A stretch of DNA of 64,000 nt from Nitrospirota bacterium (GTDB taxonomy: Bacteria; Nitrospirota; UBA9217). Each line of letters opens with the position of its first letter. Position 1 is the stretch's first letter. The notes beneath the pieces were generated by a model. The model did not search any database, was not told where the DNA came from, and saw nothing but the letters and a program-made list of their open reading frames with translations. Positions 20,355-31,490 of this stretch are shown in pieces. Location of the stretch: positions 485,243 through 549,242 of the forward strand of contig CAVWIL010000007.1 in assembly GCA_963755045.1 (NCBI GenBank), written 5' to 3'. The position numbers were made by a program, and so were the translations under genes.

Positions 20355-20780
20355 ATGAGCAATCAAACCCAGGAAAATAAACAAGTAGCCAAACGACTGG
20401 CAGAAGAGGTTTTCAGCAAGGGGAACATGGAGGTCTTTGACGAAATATTCGCGGACAGCTATGTAATGCACAACATGCCTGTTCCGAACATACCGGGGAC
20501 AAAAGAAGGGTTCAGGCAGCTGGTGCTCGCGACGAGAAACGCGTTCCCCGACGTAAAGGTTCACATCGATGATGTGATCGCGGAGGGTGACTTTGCTGTA
20601 TTTCATGACCACGTCGAGGCAACGAGCACGGGAGATTTTATGGGCGTCCCCCCGAGCAACAAGCGCATCGCGTGGACCGAGATCCACTTCCTCCGAATCG
20701 TAGGCGGCAAGATCATTGAACATTGGTCAAACTTTGACCAGTTGGGGATCCTGATGCAGCTCAGGGCCATTCCGTCGTGA
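20355..20780 (+). CDS. SnoaL-like polyketide cyclase / ester cyclase family protein (NTF2-like fold)
   Basis: KQVAKRLAEEVFSKGNMEVFDEIFADSYVMH ... IIEHW pattern. Confidence 0.6.
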   Translation: MSNQTQENKQVAKRLAEEVFSKGNMEVFDEIFADSYVMHNMPVPNIPGTKEGFRQLVLATRNAFPDVKVHIDDVIAEGDFAVFHDHVEATSTGDFMGVPPSNKRIAWTEIHFLRIVGGKIIEHWSNFDQLGILMQLRAIPS

Positions 20781-20889
20781 AGGCACCGCGGGAAACAACG
20801 TGTCCTCAGATGTATATGAACCACTCGACCACCCGGGATAATCAAGTGCATCCTGATACGCGCTGCTCTATCTGGGAAGGAGAACAATT

Positions 20890-21261
20890 ATGTCAGACGC
20901 AGGGGAAATCCTCAGGAAATTCTATGATGCTGTAACAAAAAAAGACATTGGAGAGGCCCGCCGCTATCTGAATGAGGACCTTGTGTTCGTCGGACTCTTT
21001 GAGACATATCCGAACGCTGAAGGCTACCTCAAAGCCCTAACAGGTCTTTTATCCATAACAGTGCGGCTGGACGTGATGAAGATCATCGCGGAAGGTAACG
21101 ACGCAGCGGTCTTTTTCGAGTTGGAGACCACAGCGCCTGCCGAGGCCACGACGCTGGTGGCAGAGTGGCATCAGATCAAAGGCGGGAAGATCTCCCATGT
21201 CCACTCGGCCTTTGATGGCCGGCCCTTCGCGGCCATGTTCGCAGGCGGGAAGCGGAGTTAA
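20890..21261 (+). CDS. NTF2-like / SnoaL-like domain protein
   Basis: Size and hydrophobic pattern of an NTF2-like fold. Paralogous arrangement with the preceding gene. Confidence 0.5.
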   Translation: MSDAGEILRKFYDAVTKKDIGEARRYLNEDLVFVGLFETYPNAEGYLKALTGLLSITVRLDVMKIIAEGNDAAVFFELETTAPAEATTLVAEWHQIKGGKISHVHSAFDGRPFAAMFAGGKRS

Positions 21262-21498
21262 TCCGTGGGAGCGACTATCTTTGAGGCTGTTTGGAAAGCA
21301 GAGGGTGTCTCTCTCGCCTTTCATTTAAATCCCCTCTTCAAAAGTTGAAAAATGCAACAAAAAAGTCTTTCCCTGATGACTCTTTTTTCATCGGTACATT
21401 CGGAAGGACTCCATCCTACTTGACATTACTATAAAATCGCGCTTTCCTTTAATTGTGAGATGATTCTTAACGCAGTCTGTTAAGAAAGGAGATTTATT

Positions 21499-22053
21499 AT
21501 GGCAAAGCGTGAAGATAAGAAACTTGACCTGAATGAGGTCATGGAGATATACAGGAAGGTCGGAACTCCGGGTGCTCCTCATAAACTGCTGTCAAAACTG
21601 GTGGGCAGTTGGAACACGAGATCCAGGGGGTGGGAGGAACCTGATAAGCCACCGAGAAAATCGCTCGGCACCTGTGAACAGACGCTGATCCTGGACGGCC
21701 ATTACCTGCGGCAGGAGTATACAGGCGACATGATGGGAGTGCCATTCACCGGTATCAACATCCTGGGGTATAACAACCATACGAAGAAGTATGAGTCGAT
21801 CTGGATCGATTCGCTGAACACAGCCATCTACTATTTCGTAGGTACTGCAAGCCCGGACGGCAGGATCATCACGCAGGAATGCAGCTATGACGACCCGGTG
21901 AGGGGTCCCAGTGTCTGGCGCAGTGTAACGAAGATCAAGGATGACAATACCCAGGAGTTCGAGATGTTCATTACTCCCAAAGGAGGCAAGGAAGAGAAGA
22001 TGATGGAGATGACGGTTACACCCAAAGTAGCCGACGTTCGCAAGGCAGCATAG
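21499..22053 (+). CDS. DUF1579 family protein
   Basis: LVGSWNT ... GTCEQTLILDGHYLRQEYTGDMMGVPFTGINILGYNN pattern recalled for DUF1579. Good RBS AAGGAG. Confidence 0.5.
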   Translation: MAKREDKKLDLNEVMEIYRKVGTPGAPHKLLSKLVGSWNTRSRGWEEPDKPPRKSLGTCEQTLILDGHYLRQEYTGDMMGVPFTGINILGYNNHTKKYESIWIDSLNTAIYYFVGTASPDGRIITQECSYDDPVRGPSVWRSVTKIKDDNTQEFEMFITPKGGKEEKMMEMTVTPKVADVRKAA

Positions 22054-22131
22054 GCAACATGCAATGTAATAGGCCGGAGAAAGGCTTCTTCTCCGGCTTT
22101 GATGTTCTCTGCTGACAAAGGGGGTGATCCC

Positions 22132-22659
22132 ATGAAAGCACTATTCATAAGCGCGGACACATATGAGGACTCGGAGCTTCTTGTTCCCTACTATCGGTTG
22201 CTTGAAGAAGGGCTCGAGGTGGACATCGCGTCCATGAAGAAACAGCCTATTAAAGGCAAACACGGCTATAAGGTCGAGGTGACCAAAACCCTGGCGGAGG
22301 TCAAGCCGGAGGACTATGACATTCTGGTGCTTCCCGGAGGCAAGGCACCTGAAGCGGTGCGAAAGGAGAGGAAAGCGGTGGAGATCGCGAAAGATTTCTT
22401 TATGAAGGGAAAGCCTGTCGCCGCCATCTGTCACGGACCGCAGACGCTTATCACAGCAGGCTTATTGAAAGGCAGGCACGCCACCTGTTACCGGACCGTC
22501 GTGGACGAATTGAAGGCAGCCGGTGCGATCTACGAGGACAAAGAGGTGGTTGTTGACGGCAATCTTGTAACCTCGCGTCAGCCCTCGGACCTTCCCGCAT
22601 TCATGCGGGAGACCATGAAGATGATATGCAGCATTGAGCAAAAGTCGAAAGCTGCATAA
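22132..22659 (+). CDS. DJ-1/PfpI family intracellular protease/glyoxalase
   Basis: ATG 22132 after an AAGGGGG RBS. Nucleophile elbow AICHGP, LPGG. Confidence 0.8.
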   Translation: MKALFISADTYEDSELLVPYYRLLEEGLEVDIASMKKQPIKGKHGYKVEVTKTLAEVKPEDYDILVLPGGKAPEAVRKERKAVEIAKDFFMKGKPVAAICHGPQTLITAGLLKGRHATCYRTVVDELKAAGAIYEDKEVVVDGNLVTSRQPSDLPAFMRETMKMICSIEQKSKAA

Positions 22660-22784
22660 TCATGTAGCCGCAGAAAGGCACACCCTGCACTTGCTGGTCC
22701 CGAGGCTTTGCAGTTTCATAACTCAACGCGTAACTCACGCACGCTTTGAGTTTTAGCTAGGAGCCATTCCCTAAGAATGAGATG

Positions 22785-23243
22785 TCAGAATGGCTCAACC
22801 TGGATACGATTTCCCTCAAGACGTACTTCGGACACTCCGGTTTCATCGTCATTCAAGTCGCGTGTGCTGACCTTGGCCACGCCCGAAAATTCGTTGTCTC
22901 CAGGCCGGGGAGTGATATGTATTCGAGTCTTGGTGCTTCCGATCCACTTTCTGTCTTGATCGAATCGAAACGCAATATAGGTGGCATCAAATTCCCTATC
23001 CCCGACCCGCTTCCAGGCACCATGCCCTCCACTGAGTACCGGATGCGTATCCCCGCTTCGAAAAAACGTTCCATCCGACGAAAATGTAAGGAGGTTCTTT
23101 CCCACACCAGACGGGCGACTGGCTGTCACGATCCACGCCCCGACCAATCCTCGGCTCGTTTCGCCAGGAGCACCAAGAGATGAGCAACCGGCAACGAGCA
23201 GTGTAATCATCGCGGTGAAAAGATTGTATTGGATCTTGATCAT
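22785..23243 (-). CDS. hypothetical lipoprotein
   Basis: Lipobox LLVAGCSS. No family recognised. Confidence 0.45.
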   Translation of the reverse strand: MIKIQYNLFTAMITLLVAGCSSLGAPGETSRGLVGAWIVTASRPSGVGKNLLTFSSDGTFFRSGDTHPVLSGGHGAWKRVGDREFDATYIAFRFDQDRKWIGSTKTRIHITPRPGDNEFSGVAKVSTRDLNDDETGVSEVRLEGNRIQVEPF

Positions 23244-23484
23244 GGTTATCTCCCTTTATTATGACTGCCCCAACCTCTATCAACCATCTTTGTTTCCCAC
23301 AGGCCCTTACCAGTTACCATACAATGTCTCACTATATGATTCCTCCATGGTAACGGGCAAGAGGTGTCTCCTATGCTGAGACTGCGGGAGGGTAAAGCTG
23401 TTCTGCCTTCGAACAAATCTTGTCGTAAACTTGTATTTGCAGTGCACAATCCGCAATCCGAAATTCGAAATCAACAATCGACAA

Positions 23485-24042
23485 TTACCTGCTTCCTACG
23501 GTCTCTACCCACGTCGCAAAGGCAAGCATAAACTTCCTGGCAAATTCACGGGTCGATTCATTGACAAGGCTGCCGTGCTCGTCGAAGAGATCCGCGGCTT
23601 GCCCGATGTAAGCTTCCGGCTGTTGCATGGCCGGCATATTCAGGAACACCATCGATTGTCTCAAATGGTGGTTCGCGCCAAAACCGCCGATGGCGCTGGG
23701 CGAAACACTGACTACGGCACCCGTTTTTCCATCCCACGCACTTTTGCCATAGGGACGGGAACCCACATCAAGAGCGTTCTTGAGCGCTCCAGGAACTGAA
23801 CGGTTGTATTCAGGCGTGACGAACAGGACACCGTCAACATTCCTTATGCGTTCACGGAACTCGGTCCAGGCGGCCGGCGGATTGTCTTCACTGTCCTGAT
23901 TGTAGAGCGGAAGACCTCCGATCTCGATGAGTTCGAGTTTGAGAGAACCGGGCGAAAGCTTCATCAGCTCCTTTGCCATTTTGCGAGTGAATGATTCCTT
24001 TCGAAGGCTTCCTACAAGAACAGCGATTATTTTCTGTGCCAT
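23485..24042 (-). CDS. NAD(P)H-dependent FMN reductase family protein
   Basis: IIAVLVGSLRKESF ... LFVTPEYN motifs of the flavodoxin-like FMN reductase family. Confidence 0.8.
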   Translation of the reverse strand: MAQKIIAVLVGSLRKESFTRKMAKELMKLSPGSLKLELIEIGGLPLYNQDSEDNPPAAWTEFRERIRNVDGVLFVTPEYNRSVPGALKNALDVGSRPYGKSAWDGKTGAVVSVSPSAIGGFGANHHLRQSMVFLNMPAMQQPEAYIGQAADLFDEHGSLVNESTREFARKFMLAFATWVETVGSR

Positions 24043-24078
24043 TGCATCCTCCCTGCCAACAGGAAAGCGATTCCTCCG

Positions 24079-24594
24079 CTACTTGTTCTGTCCTGCGCCT
24101 TGCTTCTTGGAGACTTCAAGACTGAGCGCTGCCGATATGGTTTGGTTTACGTTGAGACGACAGATTGCCAGGGCCGTGATTGATGGCCCCTTGACTTTGT
24201 TCGCCGGCATGCAATGGAGGTCGCGAAGGCTGTTCCCTTCCGCCGTGCATTTGCCTTCGCCGAGAATCGCCAGGCGGACCTTTTTGACGAGATCAATTGT
24301 TTTTTCATTCTTGGGGATTGCGTTCACGCGAAATTCGAGGCGGCGCAGCTGCTGGGCGATGTCACTATAAAAAGCCTGGTGCTTGCTGAAGGCGGCCTTA
24401 TTCGTCCCCGATTGCGTGAGCAGCGTTTCGATGAAGTCATCGGTTTTTTCTTGGATGGTCGTTAGGCTTTTGTCGGTCACCTCGTCATAGTCGGAAATCA
24501 GCTTGACTCCCGCGCACCCAGCCAGCAGGATTGCGCAAAGGATGGCGACCCAATACGTGGGAACCCGATTTCTCGATAAAGACACTTTATTCAT
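24079..24594 (-). CDS. hypothetical lipoprotein
   Basis: Signal peptide with lipobox LLAGCAG. No family recognised. Confidence 0.4.
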   Translation of the reverse strand: MNKVSLSRNRVPTYWVAILCAILLAGCAGVKLISDYDEVTDKSLTTIQEKTDDFIETLLTQSGTNKAAFSKHQAFYSDIAQQLRRLEFRVNAIPKNEKTIDLVKKVRLAILGEGKCTAEGNSLRDLHCMPANKVKGPSITALAICRLNVNQTISAALSLEVSKKQGAGQNK

Positions 24595-25138
24595 AATATC
24601 CTCCTGCACGCAACGGGTGAAATAACATCCGCAAAGTTTCTTGTCGGTGTTCTGTTCTCAATGTTCCGGCCATGGCATCCGCAAAGCATACTATCTCAAA
24701 TTTCAAGTTTTGGTCCTGTCCCTTCGTGCCAGGTCCCGTGTGATTAGGGAAGCGATGTCCTCCACGGCATGGGGGTACGGGGGTACTCACGTGCCGGCGA
24801 ACTTTGTCTCATGGTCTCTGTTCCTTTCTACGCTTTTGATCTGTCCGATTGATCAGGGACTTTTTCAAATGCATCTCAGGCGGCTTGTTATGAAGTATAC
24901 CATACATTCCCCTTATGTCCTTCGTTGAAGCTGCTCTTAAAATTTCGACCCACAACGGGTGCAACGGGGCTAGCACCCTTATAACGTTATCAGCATTTTT
25001 ACTGCCCACGCCGTGAGCCATTTTGGGGCTGGTTAATAACCATGAGACCTGAACAATCATTTGGACACGGCCTGGAACCGAAGATTTTCTGGTCCGTCAT
25101 AAGACGTAATGGGTCAATGGATCAATGTTGTACCATGC

Positions 25139-25315
25139 TGACCTTAATCCTGATGGGCGATCCCGCCATGGCGGGATAGAGACTGACACCGAAATCCCGC
25201 CAAGGCGGCACAATGGTACGGATGAAGATAACGGAAAGGCTCGACGAGAAACGTGCCGTTTCTCGCCACAAGATAGCTTTTCCCCTTGACGGTGCCCTTT
25301 AAATGGATGACCCTA
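25139..25315. repeat. structured inverted-repeat element, copy A (outer terminus TGACCTTAATCCTGATGGG); left boundary of the adhesin cassette
   Basis: About 85% identical to the reverse complement of 31491..31667. Three internal palindromes: CCCGCCATGGCGGG, CCGCCAAGGCGG, GAGAAACGtgcCGTTTCTC. Confidence 0.85.
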
Positions 25316-25544
25316 TCGCCTCCTTCCTTGATTTGTGCTTGGTTTCCCGTTTTCTTTTTCGAATCAAGCAATTGTTACTGTTTTATTTGTCTGGCCTATT
25401 TTGATGATTATGCCTTTTTTGATAATTTTTATCTCATTTTTATCATAGTAAATAACATGAACTTATGAGTACGTCAAAGGCGCCTCTGTGACTTTTTAAT
25501 TCTATAATAAGTTTCTTTTGCCTGCTCTTCGCCATTAAATAGTC

Positions 25545-25589
25545 AAAAAAAGGCCAGACATGACTGTCTGGCCTTCTCAAATTTTTTTA
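25545..25589 (-). terminator. intrinsic terminator downstream of the giant adhesin gene (A-tract, GGCCAGACA-loop-TGTCTGGCC, T-tract; potentially bidirectional)
   Basis: Perfect 9-bp GC-rich stem flanked by A7 and T7 runs, 14-30 nt after the stop codon at 25603. Confidence 0.8.
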
Positions 25590-25602
25590 ACTGCGCAGGA
25601 CA

Positions 25603-28600
25603 TCACTTGAAATATGCGTTGATGATGTGGTTCGCCATGATGTTCGTGAAGGTGAAGCTGGTTAGTGCACCCCTATTTGCACCGTCAACGATCACGCTCC
25701 GCACTTGCCGACCTGTATTCGGTGTGATCGTATAGGTCTGGCTGGCGCCTTTGTTCACCGTCGTTGTACCCGATGGTGTGATGCTTCCGTTGACGTCCGC
25801 TGCCGCTGTTATGATATAGACGTTCAGCATGAAGGAAGCACTGATCGTGTGGTTTCCCTGAACATTAGAGAAGGTGTACGAGGTCGGCGCCCCTACTGAT
25901 GCCCCGTCCACCTGAACGTCGGCCACGCGATAGCCCGCGGCAGCGGAGAATGTAAACTTCTGGCTTGCGCCACTCAGCACTGTCAACGTGCCAGGAGATA
26001 TGGTGCCGTTCGCTCCCGCGCTAGCCGTGATTGTGTACGACGGATTCGTTCCAAATGTCGCCGAAATCGTGTGGTTGCCAGTTAAGTTCGTAAAGGCATA
26101 CGTAGCCACGGCACCGACCGACGCTCCATCAACGAGGACATCCGTGATACGGTATCCTGCTGTAGGCGTGATGGTGTAGATCTGGCTGGCACCAATGTTC
26201 AAAGTGTTAGTGCCCAACGGCGATATGCTCCCCCCTGCTCCTGCACTGGCCGTAATGGTATAGGTAATGACCTTGAAATAGGCGTTGATGGCATGGTTCG
26301 CCGTAATGTTCGCAAAGGTGTAGCTGGTTATTGCACCCCAGTTCGCGCCGTCAACAAACACGCTCAGCACCTGATATCCTTGATTCGGCGCGATCGTATA
26401 GGTTTGGCTGTTTCCCTTGTTCACCGTTGTCACGCCCGACGGCGTTATGCTGCCGTTGACGTCGGCTGCAGCCGTAACGGTATAGACATCCAGGGTATAG
26501 GCTGCACTGATCGTGTGTGGCGTTTGGACGTTGTAGAAGGTGTACGAGGTTGGCGCTCCTACTGATACCCCGTCAACCAGAACGTCGGCCACGCGGTACC
26601 CCATATTCGGCGTGATGGTGTAAGTCTGGTTTGTGAACTCCGGCACGGATGCCGTGCCTGTCGGCGATATGCTGCCATTCGGCCCCCCACTGGCAGTGAT
26701 GTTGTAATACAGTATCAGGGTAAATGTCGCCGAGATGGAGTGGTCCTGTGTTATATTGGCAAAGGTATATGCCGTCAAGGGACCAGCAGATGTTCCGTCA
26801 ATGTTCACATCGACTATCCGGTACCCCGCATTTGGCGTGATGGTGAATGTCTTGTTGGTGCCGCCCAGCACTGACACGTTGCCCGACGGTGACAAGGTGC
26901 CGTTAGCTCCGGCGCTGGCCGTGATGGTGTATGATGGATTCGCTTCAAATGTCGCCGCAATCGTGTGGTTGGCCATTACGTTCGTGAAGGTATATGTGGT
27001 CGCCGCGCCGACTGACACCCCGTCGACCTGGACATCCAGGATATGATACCCGGCCGTGGGCGTTATGGTGTAGGTCTGGGTGGTACCAATGTTCAACGTG
27101 GTCGTGCCCAAGGGCCATGTTATGCTCCCCCCGCTCCCGCACTGACCGTGATGGTAAACGTCTTCACCTTGAAGTATGCGTTGATGGTGTGGTTCGCCGT
27201 AATGTTCGTAAAGGCGTAGCTGGTAATTGCACCCTTGCTTGAGCCGTCAACAACCACGTTCTGCACATCGTACCCTGCATCCGGGATGATCGTGTAGGTG
27301 GGGCTGTCCCCCTTGTTCACCGTTATCGTGCCCAACTGCGTTATGCTGCCGTTGACGTCGGCTGTAGCCGTAACGGTATAGACATCCAGGGTAAAGGTCG
27401 CGCTGATCGTGTGGTCCGTCTGGACGTTGGAGAACGTGTACGAGGTAAGCGCACCTACTGAGACCCCGTCAACCAGAACGTCAGCTACGCGGTACCCCGC
27501 ATTCGGCGTCATGGTGAATGTCTTCCTGGTGCCGCCCACCACAGACACGTTGCCCGACGGCGACAAGGTGCCGTTCGGTCCGGCGCTTGCCGTGATGGTA
27601 TACGATGGATTCGCTTCAAATGTCGCCGCAATCGTGTGGTTGCTCGTTACGTTCGTAACGGTATACGTGCTCACCGCGCCGACTGACACCCCATCGACCT
27701 GGACATCCAGGATATGGTACCCGGCCGTGGGCGTTATGGTGTAGGTCTGAGTGGTACCAATGTTCAACGTGGTCGTGCCCAAGGGCCATGTTATGCTCCC
27801 CGCTCCCGCACTGACCGTGATGGTAAACGTCTTCACCTTGAAGTACGCATTGATAGTGTGGTTCGCCGTAATGTTCGCAAAGGTGTAGCTGGTTATTGCA
27901 CCACTATTTGCACCATCAACGATCACGCTCCGCACATCGTAACCTGCATCCGGGATGATCGTGTAGGTGGGGCTGTCTCCCTTGTTCACCGTTGTCACGC
28001 CCGACGGCGTTATGCTGCCGTTGACGTCGGCTGCAGCCGTAACGGTATAGACATCCAGGGTAAAGGTCGCGCTGATCGTGTGGTCCGTCTGGACGTTGGA
28101 GAACGTGTACGAGGTAAGCGCACCTACTGAGACCCCATCAACCAGAACGTCAGCTACGCGGTACCCCGCATTCGGCGTCATGGTGAATGCTCCATTCCCC
28201 CCGGTGGGGACGGTCACAGCGCCTGACGGCCTGATGCTGCCGTTTGGTCCGGCTGTGGCAGTCAAAGTAGGAGCGGCCGTAGTCATGGTGAATATCTGAG
28301 TTCTTACGGTTTCGGCGTTCCCGGCATTATCAGTCGAGGCGAATCTCAGATCAGTTGATTTTAATATTGTAAAAGCCCCACGGTATAAGGTTGCCGGGGT
28401 ACAACCGGTGCCGAGGCAATAGTAGGTAGTGTTGCAGCCGGTCTCACCGCCGTCATTGCAGTTCAAAGTAATGCGCTGGGCAGCGCTATACGTCCCTCCT
28501 GCGGGTGATGCCGTTGTTATTGGCGGAGTGGTGTCTGATACCGGATTCGCTCCGAACGTTGCCGCTATGGTCATGTCGGCAGTGATGTTGCCTATGGTGT

Positions 28601-30577
28601 AGGAGGTGTAGGCACCTACTGAGCTCATACCTCCTGCTGCCGGTCCAGCTTTCACGTCTAAAACCTGAGACCCTATACCTGGCGTTATGATGCATTCTGA
28701 GCTCGAGTTGTAGCCCACCGAGGTTGGGACGCACGAGATACGGCCGGAGCCAAGTTTCAAATCCCCTAGCACAGTGGCCTGACCTTGATCATTGCGGCCC
28801 CAGGCGACCACGGTCCCGTCGCTCTGCAGGGCCGCGGTATGATACGCTCCTGCCGCCATTACGATAACCCTGTTTAGGCCAGCCGGCACGGTGCTCTCAC
28901 CGTACGTGTTATCGCCCCAAGCGACCACGGTCCCGTCGCTCCTAAGGGCAACGGTATGATATGTTCCTGAGGATATAGCAATGACACCTGCGATGCCCGC
29001 AGGCACGGCGCTCTCGCCATATAGGTTACCGCCCCAGGCGACCACGGTGCCGTCGCTCTTCAAGGCCACGGTATGATACGCCCCTGCCGCTATTGCGGTA
29101 ACACCGCTAAGGCCAATGGGCACGGCGCTCTCGCCGTAAGTGTTACCGCCCCAGGCGACTACGGTGCCGTCGCTCTTCAGGGCCACGGTATGATGCGCTC
29201 CTGCCGCTACTGCAGTAACATCGCTTAGGCCAACCGGCACGGCGCTCTCGCCGTAAGTGCTATCGCCCCAGGCGACTACGGTGCCATCGCTCTTCAGGGC
29301 CACGGTATGAGACCCTCCCGCCGCTATGTAGGCAACATTCGTCAGGCCCGCCGGCACAGTGGTCTGACCTTGATCATTCTTGCCCCAGGCCGCCACGGTC
29401 CCGTCGCTCCTAAGGGCCACGGTATGGCCCCCTCCCGCCGCTACCGCGGTAACACCGGTGAGACCGGGTGCCACGGCACTCTCACCGTACGAGTTATCGC
29501 CCCAGGCGACCACCGTCCCGTCGCTGTTCAGGGCTACAGTATGACTATCTCCTGCTGCTATGGCCGGTGTGTTTGTCGTTACGCGGTATCTGGTTATAAG
29601 GTTAAGGCCGGCAGGCGGAGTGCCCTCACCGTATGAGTTCCTTCCCCAGACCTCCACGGTGCCGTCGCTCTTCAAGGCCACCGAATGTTCTTTTCCTGCC
29701 ATTAGAGCAGTAACACCGATGAGATCAACAGGCACGATGCTCTCACTGTAAGTATTATCACCCCAAGCCGCGACGGTACCATCGCTCTTTAGAACTGCCG
29801 TATGATTCGTTCCGGGTGCGATAGCTACAACACCTGTAAGGCCCGCAGGCACATTGCACTGACCCTCCACGTTCCTGCCCCAGGTGACAATAGTCCCATC
29901 CGTCTTCAGAGCGACCGAATGATACCCCCGGCTGCGATACCGGCAACACCGGTAAGACCGGCAGGCACAGTGCTCTCACCGTTTGCGTTATAGCCCCAGG
30001 CCACCACTGTCCCGTCGCTCTTCAGGGCCAGCGTATGATACCCTGCTGCCGCTATTGCGATCACGTCAGTCAGACCGACAGGCACATTGCTCTGACCTTG
30101 ATCGTTATAGCCCCAGGCCACCACTGTCCCGTCGCTCTTCAGGGCCACGGTATGATAGGCACCAGCTGCTATGGCTGTAACGCCGGAAAGGTACGGAGGA
30201 ACCGAGATCTGACCGTAAAGGTTTTGGCCCCAGGCCACCACCGTCCCGTCATTCTTCAAGACTACTGAATGATATGCCCCTGCTGATACAGCGGTGACAC
30301 CAGTAAGGCCAGCAGGAACATCAGTTTGCCCATAATAGTCATAACCCCAGGCCGCCACCGTCCCGTCGCTCTTTAGGGCCACGGTATGATAAAAACCTAT
30401 TGCTATTGCAGGCTGTGTGAACAACATCGTGATTTCGGCCGATACCGGTCTTCCGATTAGCAAAAGAGCGATGGCAAGCGTCATGACCGGAAGCCATGCT
30501 TTTCTGCGTATCTCTTGTTTGAACCGCCTTGTGATATCGTTCTCTCTCGTTCCGCGCCGTGCGCCCCACTCCTCCAT
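25603..30577 (-). pseudogene. giant secreted/cell-surface repeat protein: N-terminal signal anchor, ~16 RCC1 repeats, then ~12 tandem near-identical divergent InlB B-repeat (Ig-like) modules. Split into three ORFs by two frameshifts in poly-G/C runs.
   Basis: ORFs 29906..30673, 27120..29870 and 25603..27111 continue one another. RCC1 repeats read ALKSDGTVVAWG. C-terminal modules read TYTITPNAGYRVADVLVDGVSVGA ... YTFSNVQTDHTISATF. The frame breaks sit at CCCCC 29925-29929 and CCCCCC 27127-27132. ATG 30577 has a GGGGAG RBS. Confidence 0.8.
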
Positions 30578-31016
30578 AGTGCTCTCCCCTCTCAAATATC
30601 TGTTTCGCCTGCAAGGCAATGCATCTTGTCCCGGCATAACGTTTTCAGCTCCCACCAAAAACATGAATATCATCCTAACAGTGATACTGGTTCTGAAGAC
30701 CGTTACATTCCCTGTAAGATTTCCTTTTTTTCAAGACAATCGGTCATCCGATGCCCGTCAGCAAAAAGAAAAAAATAAAGCAGCTTGGATGCCGATGAAC
30801 GCAATAGTACTGATTCGATTTTTTGAGATGAGTAAAAACCGGGATAGAATGCTTTGTTATGGATTTAAATGGGCAGAGTAAACAGATGCTTCAATAATAT
30901 TAAAATAGCATAGTAATGAAATTCATGTCAATACATATTTTATTTATAGCGGCCGCGATTAGCACTACGATTTCCCTGACCACCGGCAAGCTCTATCGGG
31001 CATGGGAGGCGTCCCG

Positions 31017-31056
31017 CTCTTGTGTCCAGGGTACCGGGTTCGCTACAACCAGTACT
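31017..31056 (+). repeat. 40-45-bp direct repeat (copy 1) in the AT-rich region upstream of the adhesin gene
   Basis: CTCTTGTGTCCAGGGTACCGGGTTCGCTACAACCAGTACT matches 31292..31336 (ATCTTGTGTCCACGGTATACCGGGTGCGCTACACGAGCGGGTACT). Confidence 0.6.
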
Positions 31057-31291
31057 ATCGCAGTTCTACTACAAGTATTAAGACTGACCGCACTAAATTA
31101 ATATACTTCTTCATATTATGCCGTATTTTCTGATTAATTCCTTAATAAAGCAAAATTTATACCAATAATTAGCATATTGAATTTATACATAATTTAATTT
31201 GTTTTTTTTGAATTATTATATAATGTAAGAAAATCCGACAATATTTGCACCCTCAATGAATCACTCCGCTGATGGCAGCCGTGTAAGTTTT

Positions 31292-31336
31292 ATCTTGTGT
31301 CCACGGTATACCGGGTGCGCTACACGAGCGGGTACT
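31292..31336 (+). repeat. 40-45-bp direct repeat (copy 2) upstream of the adhesin gene
   Basis: See copy 1. The two copies bracket about 230 bp of AT-rich DNA at under 30% GC. Confidence 0.6.
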
Positions 31337-31490
31337 AAATCGGCATAACCGTTAAGACGGTCCGCTCCTGGGACATGCGGGGTGGGGTGAGAAGCGAACC
31401 AACCTGCCGATTCCGGCGATGGGGGAAACACAAAAAGCATTGATCCTTTTCGCTTTCCAAAAGTTCCCAGGACCCGACAGGGGACCTGAC

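Noticed and set aside
25144-25371. Small ORFs 25144..25371 (-) and 31419..31691 (+) sharing the peptide HLKGTVK
   Set aside because: They are translations of the two inverted copies of the 177-bp repeat. Their similarity simply reflects the DNA repeat. No RBS is present and the sequence is dominated by palindromes.
25705-28299. Numerous plus-strand ORFs (e.g. 25705..25899, 26293..26565, 26735..27046, 27409..27744, 27714..28130, 28078..28299) opposite the adhesin gene
   Set aside because: They are antisense translations of the highly repetitive adhesin coding sequence. The repeated peptides mirror the DNA repeats, they have no RBS, and they are fully nested in a well-supported minus-strand gene.
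25603-30577. CRISPR array explanation for the ~240-bp periodic DNA repeats
   Set aside because: The repeats are long, contiguous with no unique spacers, and translate into an in-frame Ig-like module array.
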